Shown here one piece after another: positions 18,260-26,040 of a stretch of DNA of 35,034 nucleotides. Where the stretch lies: contig JAKZVH010000139.1 of the NCBI GenBank assembly GCA_047516145.1, positions 1-35,034 on the forward strand, given 5' to 3'. The stretch's first letter is position 1. Every line of letters starts with the position of its first letter. Source of the DNA: Gammaproteobacteria bacterium (GTDB taxonomy: Bacteria; Pseudomonadota; Gammaproteobacteria; Steroidobacterales; Rariloculaceae). Below the pieces are notes generated by a model. The model made no database searches. It was not told the origin of the DNA and worked only from the letters and a program-made list of their open reading frames with translations. The position numbers and the translations under genes were made by a program.

Positions 18260-19478
18260 ATGAACGCCGGCCATCGCTGCCTGGTTTTCTGCCTGTCCTT
18301 TCTTTCTGTAGCCGGCACACACGCCCAGGACGACATCGCGGCGTTGAGCGAGCAGGGCAGGGCGCTCTACTTCGAACGGGTCTCCTGCTGGGTGTGCCAC
18401 GGGGATATGGCCGAAGGGCGCGTGGGACCGAGTCTGCAGCACGGCCCAACGCCGATGGACATCCAGGAACAACTCGATTCCAATCCGCAGATGGGCGTCA
18501 TCGTGGTTGAGCTCAACCCGGACGCCGATGATCTGGTGGCGCTTGCCGCCTACCTGGGTAGCCTGGACGGAGAGTCGGTCGCGTCGGACGAGATCGCCGA
18601 CTGGCGCGTGCAATTGGAGGCGATGGCCGCGGCGCGGGGGCCGGAAGCGGAATTTCTGGTAACGGAACGCGACCGCAAGGTCATGGAGATCCAGTCTTTC
18701 GCGACGGTTCTCGCGGATTGGCCGCGGCGTGCGAAGATCGGCAGCCTGAAACGCGACTACGACGTGCAGGTGCTGGCGACCTATGACGCGGGCGAGCCGA
18801 TTTTCACGCCGGAGCCGGGCAAACTCTATTTCTACGAGAATACGGGGGCGACGGCCCGCAGGGCGCCAGCCTCGGTCGCCCGCTCCGAGTTGACCCAGGT
18901 CGTGGTCGGGAACGCCGTGACCAAGGAGATCCTGGTCTCCGCGCAGATGCCGCCGGAATTGCGCGGCGCGGTGCATACGACAGCGCTGAGCCCTGACGGC
19001 CGCTATGTCTACATCATCGGCCCAAGCGCCCAGGTTGCGCCGCCTCCCGGCGGCGGCATGGCGGGTAGCGTGCTCAGGAGCCCGGCGGCGCCACACTCGT
19101 CGCCAACGGCCAGATGACGGCGCTCCGGCCCTACTGGGTGACGAAGATCGACCCGGAGAACTGGGAAGTTGTCGCGGAGTATCCGTACCGCGGATACCGT
19201 GGCGATTGGATCGTGATCGACTCGAAGAGCGAGTACTTCTATGTGCCGGCTGCCGGTTCGGCGAATGTCACCAAGGTCAATATCGCGACCGGCGACATCG
19301 AGTGGTCGACCCCGAGACGATGGAGCAGCTAAAGGTCATCGACATGCCGTATCGCGGAAATCCGCACGGGCTCGTGTGGGTCCAGTACGATGAGGATGGG
19401 ACGGGCCGCGTTGTCAGGGATCAGGGTGGATTTCACCATGGCGTGCATCCTGCCCGTGGAAATCCGCTGGAGTACTGA
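18260..19478 (+). pseudogene. exported cytochrome c / beta-propeller-like fusion gene, interrupted by two apparent 1-nt deletions
   Basis: Signal peptide MNAGHRCLVFCLSFLSVAGTHAQ and heme motif CWVCH (18386-18400). A later YVTN-like stretch reads ..LSPDGRYVYIIGP... The reading continues in frame 1 from about 19069 (..GGATLVANGQMTALRPYWVTKIDPENWEVV..) and in frame 3 from about 19305 (VDPETMEQLKVIDMPYRGNPHGLVWVQYDEDG..). Length is 1219 nt (1 mod 3). Confidence 0.65.
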
Positions 19479-19634
19479 AGTTAAGGAATAACAGGGTCGT
19501 TCGAGCCGGTGAACGCGATTGTCCGCAGAAAGGCGATACACGATCGGGTGGAGCAAGTGCGACTTGCCCTGAAACCGGGATTCGCCTGCGCCCCGACCTG
19601 TTTTACCGGCTGGAGAATACGTTTCGTGGAGACG

Positions 19635-20069
19635 ATGATGACAAGACCGATACTTGCAGTAGCCTGCGCGGCCATCGTAGCGGCCGTGGCGCTCGCACAG
19701 GATGCATTGATTCCGGTGGCGCTGACACCCGACGATATCGAGTGGGATACCGAGCGCAGCAACCACCGCGCAAACATTGCCGGCAGTAACGAAACGGCTG
19801 GTATCTACGTCTATCGGACGCGATTTCCGGAGGGGTTCAGGAACCAGCCGCACTACCATCCCGACAACCGAGTGGTCACGGTCATGTCCGGTACGCTGCA
19901 CGTCGCCCATGGCGAGGAAATCGATGCGGCGGCCATGCGCGCAATCCCTGCCGGCGGACTGTGGACCGAGCCCGCCGGTGTGGCTCACTACGTGTGGGCG
20001 AAGGACGGCGCCGTCGTCATTCAGGTCATCGGCGAAGGGCCTTCCGGGACGACGCTGGTTGACCCGTAG
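19635..20069 (+). CDS. secreted cupin-domain protein
   Basis: Likely start at MMTRPILAVACAAIVAAVALAQD (signal peptide), with GGAGA just upstream. Cupin motifs ..PHYHPDNRVVTVMSG.. and ..GGLWTEPAGVAHYV... Confidence 0.75.
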   Translation: MMTRPILAVACAAIVAAVALAQDALIPVALTPDDIEWDTERSNHRANIAGSNETAGIYVYRTRFPEGFRNQPHYHPDNRVVTVMSGTLHVAHGEEIDAAAMRAIPAGGLWTEPAGVAHYVWAKDGAVVIQVIGEGPSGTTLVDP

Positions 20070-20091
20070 CGCGCCTGCTATATTCCCCTCG

Positions 20092-20107
20092 GCCCGGCCT
20101 CCCGGGC
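20092..20107 (+). terminator. short GC hairpin downstream of the cupin gene
   Basis: GCCCGG-cctc-CCGGGC, a 6-bp stem 23 nt after the stop. No T-tract follows, so its function is uncertain. Confidence 0.2.
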
Positions 20108-20179
20108 ATTCACGAATAAACGGATTTGCTCGCACAAGGGGGTGACATTTTGCGCCCTTGTAACGTACACCGGTGAAAT

Positions 20180-21247
20180 ATGAAGGCTAGATACAACGTT
20201 TTGATTCTCGGCGCCTCCTACGGATCATTGTTCTCCACAAAACTGCTGCTGGCGGGACACAACGTCACGCTGGTGTGCACGAAGCCCGAGGCAGAGGTCA
20301 TCAATCGGGATGGGACAGTGGTCAACTTGCCGGTCCGGGGGCGGGATGAGCGCGTCAGAATTTCCTCTGTCGGTGCGCCTGGAACACTTTTGGCCGTTAC
20401 GCCCGATGCCGTTGACCCGGCGGATTTCGACCTGGTCGTCTGCGCGATGCAGGAACCTCAGTACAGCTCCGCGGGCATTTGCGACCTGATGCCGCGTGTC
20501 GGCCGTGCGCGCGTACCCAGCGTGGCGATCATGAACATGCCGCCCCTGCCGTACCTTGAACGCGTCCCGGGACTCGCGACCGAAGCATTGGTTCAGTGTT
20601 ACGCCGGCCCCGAAGTCTGGGCGGAATTCGAGCCCGGGTTGGTCACGACGGCAAGTCCCGATCCCCAGGCGTTTCGACCCTCGATCGATGAGCCGAATGT
20701 GCTCCGGGTCGGTCTGCCGACGAATTTCAAGGCCGCGCGGTTTGCAGACGAAGCGCCGACGCAATTGCTGCGAAATCTCCAGGTTGATATCGAAGGCATA
20801 CGCTTCGATGCCGGCGACGGCGACATCGAGCTACCGGTCAAGCTCAAGGTCCACGATTCCCTCTTCGTGCCGTTCACCAAGTGGCAGATGCTGCTCGCAG
20901 GGAACTACCGTTGTATCCAGCGTGACGACATGGTTTCCATCAGGAATGCCGTGCACGCGAACCTCGATCTGTCCCGGGAAATCTACACGTGGGTAGGGAA
21001 GCTATGCGTTCGGATGGGCGCCTCGGACGGCGATCTCGTGCCGTTCGAGAAATACGCGCGGGCGGCCGAATTCCTCGTGAATCCCTCATCCGCCGCGCGG
21101 GCGGTATTCGCCGGCGCGAAGGCTATCGAACGGGTCGATTACCTGGTGCAGCAGATCGCCCGGCAGTTCGGGATCGACAGTTCGCCGATCGATGGGATCG
21201 TCGCCCTGGTCGACGAACGTCTGGAGATCAATCGAGCGGCGGTCTGA
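20180..21247 (+). CDS. Rossmann-fold oxidoreductase, ketopantoate reductase (ApbA/PanE)-like
   Basis: 355 aa. The N-terminus YNVLILGASYGSLFSTKLLLAGHNVTLVCTKPEAEVINRDG resembles the KPR-family dinucleotide fold, but with GASYGS instead of GxGxxG. No signal peptide. Confidence 0.6.
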   Translation: MKARYNVLILGASYGSLFSTKLLLAGHNVTLVCTKPEAEVINRDGTVVNLPVRGRDERVRISSVGAPGTLLAVTPDAVDPADFDLVVCAMQEPQYSSAGICDLMPRVGRARVPSVAIMNMPPLPYLERVPGLATEALVQCYAGPEVWAEFEPGLVTTASPDPQAFRPSIDEPNVLRVGLPTNFKAARFADEAPTQLLRNLQVDIEGIRFDAGDGDIELPVKLKVHDSLFVPFTKWQMLLAGNYRCIQRDDMVSIRNAVHANLDLSREIYTWVGKLCVRMGASDGDLVPFEKYARAAEFLVNPSSAARAVFAGAKAIERVDYLVQQIARQFGIDSSPIDGIVALVDERLEINRAAV

Positions 21248-21302
21248 AGCACTAACCCGCATATCTCACCGATCTTCTGCTGCGGCCGCGGATCCGCTCG
21301 CG

Positions 21303-21482
21303 GTGACGGGCCGTACTCCCTCAAGCCAGGAATTCGCCGCATTCCGCGAGCAGACGAGCCAGGAGTTCGCCACATTCCGCGAGCAGACGAGTCCGGAAAT
21401 TGGTGCGCTCCGAGAGCGCATGGCCCATCTGGAAGGTCTTCTCGAGGGACTCCGCGAGGCCATCGTCGGCAAAGCTGCCTGA
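21303..21482 (+). CDS. hypothetical repeat-containing coiled-coil micro-ORF (possibly a gene remnant)
   Basis: Frame open from inside the previous gene. The first plausible start after its stop is GTG 21303. It encodes ..QEFAAFREQTS QEFATFREQTS PEIGALRERMAHLEGLLEGLREAIVGKAA. I saw no convincing RBS. Confidence 0.3.
   Translation: MTGRTPSSQEFAAFREQTSQEFATFREQTSPEIGALRERMAHLEGLLEGLREAIVGKAA
21327..21392. repeat. 33-bp tandem direct repeat, 2 copies (3 mismatches), followed by a degenerate third unit
   Basis: Read directly: caggaattcgccgcattccgcgagcagacgagc (21327-21359) and caggagttcgccacattccgcgagcagacgagt (21360-21392). Confidence 0.95.
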
Positions 21483-21515
21483 CAGCCCGTGGCTACGCGT
21501 CATCGCTTGCCCGCG

Positions 21516-22559
21516 CTATTCCGCCGAGCCGTCCCACTCAACCACGCAGTTGTACGGCGGTATCTCGTGTCCGGGCATCCACGTTCGAGTCCGTTCCAGC
21601 GTATAGGGCCGGTTGAACATGGCCGGGTCGCTCACCGTGATCGAATGAGTCAGTACGTTGCCGCCATCGGATACCGTAAATCGTTCCAGAAAGCTGGCCT
21701 GGTCTGACTGGGGGAGGCCCCATTCGGAATAGTACGGCCAATCGATGTGAGTGGTCGTGACGACGAGTGTGTCGCCTACCCAACGGCCCGTTGAATAGCC
21801 GGTGCCCGAGGGCTCGGGTTCCGGAGCCGTTGCCATATCCATATGGATGGTCCGCTGCGTGTTGTACTCCTCGACTTCAATGATAATTCGGTCGCCATGG
21901 TCGGCAATCTCCATTGGAACCGGGTCCCACATCGCATCGGGCATCCCCTGACGGCACTCGGAGAGTTCCATGTTGTCCGAAACCGGATCATAGGCTGCGT
22001 TCAACTCGCGCCCACGCTCCGTAAGCCAGTCCCTGGAGAGATCCACCTCCGGTTCCTCTCCCTCTTTTCGGCCCCACATCCGGAAAATGCCATTGGCGGT
22101 TCGTCGGGCTTCTTCGATCCTCGCGGAGTCGATCGGTTCGGGCCTGTCCAGGATTCGTTCGCCGGCCCAGCGAAGCTCGCGGTTGCCTTGAGCGTATTCC
22201 CTGCCGTCGGGCAGCAGTATGTGGAGCGGGCCGATGGTATTCGTCCCGCGCCTGGAAAGGTAGCCCGCTACTCTCACCTCGCCGAGAAAGTCGTCGGCGT
22301 AGAGATCGCGGCGTTCCATGGAACGGGGGCCCGGCCCAAGCTCCACTTCCCAGATCGTTTCCTCGCCCGCGTCGCCAACGGTTCGCAATCGGCCCCGGGT
22401 GTGGGGGTTGTGCCAGAAGACCTCGATAATCTCCCCCTCGAGCTCGATGAGATTGTCTGTCAGGTAGAGAACCCCGTTGTTGACCGAGCCGTGATGGGCC
22501 AAAAGGCCGGGAGAGGCAACTACGGTTGCCGCCATCAATGAATTAACAAGTATTTTCAC
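21516..22559 (-). CDS. secreted two-domain protein: DUF6152-like N-terminal domain fused to an uncharacterised C-terminal domain
   Basis: Preferred start is GTG 22559 (VKILVNSLMAATVVASPGLLA|HHGS, signal-peptide-like). The track start at 22595 is TTG. HHGS...EVFWHNPH matches my recollection of the DUF6152 signature. The C-terminal half carries ..GRWVGDTLVVTTTH... Confidence 0.65.
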   Translation of the reverse strand: MKILVNSLMAATVVASPGLLAHHGSVNNGVLYLTDNLIELEGEIIEVFWHNPHTRGRLRTVGDAGEETIWEVELGPGPRSMERRDLYADDFLGEVRVAGYLSRRGTNTIGPLHILLPDGREYAQGNRELRWAGERILDRPEPIDSARIEEARRTANGIFRMWGRKEGEEPEVDLSRDWLTERGRELNAAYDPVSDNMELSECRQGMPDAMWDPVPMEIADHGDRIIIEVEEYNTQRTIHMDMATAPEPEPSGTGYSTGRWVGDTLVVTTTHIDWPYYSEWGLPQSDQASFLERFTVSDGGNVLTHSITVSDPAMFNRPYTLERTRTWMPGHEIPPYNCVVEWDGSAE

Positions 22560-22600
22560 AGCTTTGCCCCGGTCGTCTAAGAGATTTGCGACCAACTAAT

Positions 22601-23560
22601 TTACTGGCTTGCGTAAAGATAATCCAGAACGATGCCGACGAAGATGCATAACCCGAAAGCGGCGTTGTTTCTGAACGCGGTAAAGCAGCGCGCGGATTCC
22701 CGCTCGCGGATCAGGTACTGCTGATAGAGAAAGAGCAGCGAGGCGGCCGCCATGCCAAAGTAAAACCAGGCACCGAGCGGGATGCTCCGGCCAATCCAGA
22801 CGAACGCGCCAAGAAACAGGACCTGCATGGCCCCGACGAACGGGCGATCCAGGTTGCCCAGGAGTATGGCGACCGACTTGACGCCGATCTTGAGGTCGTC
22901 GACCCGGTCCGCCATGGCGTATTCCGTATCGTAGATGATGCCCCAGGCGATGGTTGCGGCGAACATCACCCAGCCAATGGGCGGCACGGTTCCAAGCTGC
23001 GCCGCAAATGCCATGGGGACACCCCACGAAAAGGCAATGCCGAGCACGAATTGCGGAAACGAGATGAAGCGTTTGGTGAACGGATAGAGGACGGTGACCA
23101 CGGCGCCGATCACCGCCAGGCCCTGGGTGAGGCGGTTCATGGTCAATACCAGGCCAAGGGCGACGAAGAGCAGGACCACGAACAGCGTCAGGCCCTCGCG
23201 AACCGAAACCTCTCCGGTGGCCAGGGGGCGATCGCGCGTGCGCCAGACGTGCGCGTCGACCTTGCGATCGGCGTAGTCGTTGATGATGCATCCCGCCGAT
23301 CGCATCACCACCGTTCCGAGGACGAAAACGATGAGTACGCGTTCGTCCGGGCGTCCGTCCCCGGCGATCCACAGCGCCCACAGCGTGGGCCAAAGCAGCA
23401 ACCAGATGCCGACAGGCTGGTGCAGCCGCACCAGACGAGCGTAGGCGCCGGCACGGGACAGCGCCGTTCGCAGCTCCCGGGCGCATCGTCGGCCAGACTG
23501 GCTCAAGCGTGATGCGAGGCGGTGCGGGCTGCTGGTCTCCATGGATCGATTGTGCCCCAT
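22601..23560 (-). CDS. ubiA: 4-hydroxybenzoate polyprenyltransferase
   Basis: ..LVRLHQPVGIWLLLWPTLWALW.. and ..CIINDYADRKVDAHVWRTRDRPLATG.. (NDxxDxxxD). The start may instead be ATG 23542. Confidence 0.9.
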   Translation of the reverse strand: MGHNRSMETSSPHRLASRLSQSGRRCARELRTALSRAGAYARLVRLHQPVGIWLLLWPTLWALWIAGDGRPDERVLIVFVLGTVVMRSAGCIINDYADRKVDAHVWRTRDRPLATGEVSVREGLTLFVVLLFVALGLVLTMNRLTQGLAVIGAVVTVLYPFTKRFISFPQFVLGIAFSWGVPMAFAAQLGTVPPIGWVMFAATIAWGIIYDTEYAMADRVDDLKIGVKSVAILLGNLDRPFVGAMQVLFLGAFVWIGRSIPLGAWFYFGMAAASLLFLYQQYLIRERESARCFTAFRNNAAFGLCIFVGIVLDYLYASQ

Positions 23561-23572
23561 GATCCGGCCGCT

Positions 23573-25648
23573 TCACACCCTGGCGTATTCGCCGTTGCCA
23601 CGGGTCCAGCGCCGTACCAATGGTTCCACCCGGCGCGGGTACCGGGTCAGCAGCTCGTCGGATACGCGGATCACCTCGGGCAGGAGGTCTGCGTCGCGCA
23701 CGATATCCGCCACCTTGAATTGCATCGGTCCGGTCTGACGCGTGCCCAGGACCTCGCCGGGCCCTCGCAACTCCAGGTCCTTGCGCGCGACCTCGAAGCC
23801 GTCCGTCGTTGCGCGCAGCACCTGCAGGCGCTCGCGGGCTACCTCCGAAAGCGGCGGTTTGTAGAGCAGGACACAGGACGATGCGGCGCGCCCGCGGCCC
23901 ACGCGGCCCCGCAGCTGATGCAATTGCGAGAGCCCCATGCGCTCGGAGTTTTCGATCACCATCAGGCTGGCGTTGGGCACATCCACGCCCACTTCCACCA
24001 CGGTGGTTGCCACCAGCACATCCAGGCGCCCGGCGCTGAACTCACCCATGACGCGGTCCTTGTCCCTGGGGCGCATCCGCCCGTGAACCAGGTCCACGGA
24101 CAAGTCAGGCAGGGCGTCTGTCAGCTCGCGGCCGACCTCGGCGGCTGCCTGGGCGTCGAGGGTCTCCGATTCCTCGATCAGGGGACAGACCCAGTAGGCT
24201 TGCCGCCCGGCCCGACAGTGGTCACGAATCCGCCGCACCAGTTCCGCCCGCCGGCTCTGGGGCATCACCGCCGTACGCACCGGTATTCGGCCCGGGGGAA
24301 GCTCGTCGATAATCGAGCAGTCGAGATCGGCGTAGGCCGTCATCATCAGCGTGCGCGGAATGGGTGTCGCGGTCATCACCAATTGGTGGGGCGAGCGCGC
24401 GTCGCGACGGCCTTTCCGTTGCAGCGCGAGGCGCTGGTCGACGCCGAAACGATGCTGCTCGTCCACGATCGCCAGGGCCAGCCTCGAGAACCGGACGCCC
24501 CGCTGGAACAGCGCGTGCGTGCCCACGACGACTTGAGCCCGACCCGCGGCAATGTCCTCGAGGACCTGCGTTCGGGCCGATCCGGTTACCGAACCGCTGA
24601 GCATGCCGACTTCAATACCCAAAGGTCGGAGCCAATGGCTGAAGCTGGTGTACTGCTGTTCGCACAGTAGTTCCGTCGGCACCATCACGGCGGTTTGGTG
24701 GCCTGCCGAGGCTGCTGCCAATGCCGCGGCCGCGGCCACCACGGTCTTTCCGGAGCCCACGTCCCCCTGTAGCAAGCGGTGCATTGGCGCCGGCTTGGCA
24801 AGGTCGACGAGAATCTCATCGAGTGCTGCCTGCTGCGCCGAGGTGAAGCGGAAGGGCAGCCGCGACTGGAACGCGGCGATAAATGCCTGGTCGTCACGCA
24901 ACGCGAACGCGCGTTCGCGGCGCCGGACCGGATGCAGCCGCTGCATACCCAGTCGCTGCGCCACCAGTTCCTCCAGGGCCAACCGCCTCTGGCAGGGATG
25001 CGCGCCCGCCAGCAGTGGCGCGACGGCGGTACCCTGGGGCGGGCCATGGAGAAATCGTATCGACGCCTCGAGCCCCGGGAGATTCTCAGGCAGAGAACTC
25101 TGCAAGTGGTCGCGCAGCGAATTTTTCTCCAGGGTGTCCAGGGCCTGCTGGATGAGGCCGCGAATGCGCTGCTGGTGCAGGCCCTCCGTGGTGGGATATA
25201 CCGGGGTAAGGACGTCGCTCGGCGGTTCGGCTGTTTCGGTCAGTACGCGGTATTCGGGATGGATCATCTCCACCCCCGTGGGGCCGTTGCGGACCTCGCC
25301 GAAGCAACGTAGCCGGGCGCCGCGAGCCAGTTGCTGCTGCTGAACCCGGTTGAAATGGAAGAACCGCAGAGTGATCGCGCCGGTGCCGTCGGCGATGCGG
25401 CAGAGCAGGGAACGGCGGCGCCGAAACGCCACCTCGGCCAGCTCCAGTTCACCTTCGATCAGGACTTTTTCGCCAACCCGCAGCCCGCCCAGGGGCCGAA
25501 TTTCGGTTCGATCTTCGTATCGCAGCGGCAACAGGACGAGAAGATCGGCGATGCGTTCCACGCCCAGGCGCAGCAACCGCTCCGCGATTCTCGGTCCGAC
25601 ACCCTTCAGCACGGCAACCGGTTTCGCCAGGGTCGGGCCGGCGCTCAT
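23573..25648 (-). CDS. recG: ATP-dependent DNA helicase RecG
   Basis: The track ORF (812 aa) overextends into ridA. The start is taken at ATG 25648 (MSAGPTLAKPVAVLKGVGPRIAERL..), about 691 aa. Motifs ..LLQGDVGSGKTVVA.., ..AIVDEQHRFGV.., ..LHQLRGRVGRG... Confidence 0.92.
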   Translation of the reverse strand: MSAGPTLAKPVAVLKGVGPRIAERLLRLGVERIADLLVLLPLRYEDRTEIRPLGGLRVGEKVLIEGELELAEVAFRRRRSLLCRIADGTGAITLRFFHFNRVQQQQLARGARLRCFGEVRNGPTGVEMIHPEYRVLTETAEPPSDVLTPVYPTTEGLHQQRIRGLIQQALDTLEKNSLRDHLQSSLPENLPGLEASIRFLHGPPQGTAVAPLLAGAHPCQRRLALEELVAQRLGMQRLHPVRRRERAFALRDDQAFIAAFQSRLPFRFTSAQQAALDEILVDLAKPAPMHRLLQGDVGSGKTVVAAAAALAAASAGHQTAVMVPTELLCEQQYTSFSHWLRPLGIEVGMLSGSVTGSARTQVLEDIAAGRAQVVVGTHALFQRGVRFSRLALAIVDEQHRFGVDQRLALQRKGRRDARSPHQLVMTATPIPRTLMMTAYADLDCSIIDELPPGRIPVRTAVMPQSRRAELVRRIRDHCRAGRQAYWVCPLIEESETLDAQAAAEVGRELTDALPDLSVDLVHGRMRPRDKDRVMGEFSAGRLDVLVATTVVEVGVDVPNASLMVIENSERMGLSQLHQLRGRVGRGRAASSCVLLYKPPLSEVARERLQVLRATTDGFEVARKDLELRGPGEVLGTRQTGPMQFKVADIVRDADLLPEVIRVSDELLTRYPRRVEPLVRRWTRGNGEYARV

Positions 25649-25655
25649 ACGGCGA

Positions 25656-26036
25656 TCAGACAACCAGGATGGCGTCCATCTCGACCGCTGCCGCCTTTGG
25701 CAGCGCCGCCACTCCCACGGCGGCACGCGCCGGGTAGGGCGCCTTGAAATATTGCGCCATGATCTCGTTGACCCGGCCGAAATGCCCGAGATCGGTGAGG
25801 TAGACGGTGAGTTTGACAATGTCCCCGAGCCCGCCGCCGGCGGCCCGGGCCACGGCGGCCAGATTGTCGAATACCTGACGAATCTGGGCGTCGATATCGC
25901 CCTCCACCAGTTCCATGGTCTGCGGATGCAGCGGGATTTGCCCCGAAAGGTACACCGTGTTCCCTGAGCGAACCGCCTGGCTGTAGGTACCCACCGCGCC
26001 CGGCGCGGCATCGGTGTGGATACGTCGAAACCCCAC
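25656..26036 (-). CDS. ridA: RidA/YjgF-family reactive-intermediate deaminase
   Basis: ..[59 protein letters not shown]... The start is taken at GTG 26036, giving 126 aa, 4 nt after the spoT stop. The longer track ORF would overlap spoT. Confidence 0.85.
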   Translation of the reverse strand: MGFRRIHTDAAPGAVGTYSQAVRSGNTVYLSGQIPLHPQTMELVEGDIDAQIRQVFDNLAAVARAAGGGLGDIVKLTVYLTDLGHFGRVNEIMAQYFKAPYPARAAVGVAALPKAAAVEMDAILVV

Positions 26037-26040
26037 GGCC

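Noticed and set aside
21256-21281. Motif cccgcatatctc(a/t)ccga shared between 21256-21281 and 33328-33353 (about 21 of 26 identical)
   Set aside because: A rough estimate says one or more matches of this quality are expected by chance among all position pairs in 35 kb of biased composition. The contexts (a gene's 3' flank versus the gltA leader) suggest no common function.
21282-21295. Back-to-back NotI (GCGGCCGC), SacII (CCGCGG) and BamHI (GGATCC) sites, with EcoRI and XhoI sites within the next 170 nt, resembling a polylinker
   Set aside because: GC-rich 6-8-mers are common in this composition. There are no vector backbone features, primers or selection genes nearby. This is most likely coincidence.
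21583-21592. GTTCGAGTCC, a tRNA T-loop-like decamer; also a general scan for tRNA, rRNA and CRISPR repeats
   Set aside because: The flanking bases cannot form a T-stem or acceptor stem, and the site lies inside a coding region. I saw no regularly spaced direct repeats or rRNA-like segments anywhere in the window.
22596-23576. 326-aa ORF overlapping ubiA on the same strand in another frame
   Set aside because: The translation is Arg/Pro/Gly-rich with no recognisable domain, whereas the ubiA frame carries the NDxxDxxxD prenyltransferase motif. It is an alternative-frame artefact.
23573-26011. 812-aa version of recG, and the 167-aa version of ridA (25656..26159)
   Set aside because: The N-terminal extensions overlap the upstream genes (ridA, spoT) for more than 40-120 codons and are Arg/Trp/Pro-rich nonsense. 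Internal starts at 25648 (ATG) and 26036 (GTG) give canonical protein lengths and N-termini.
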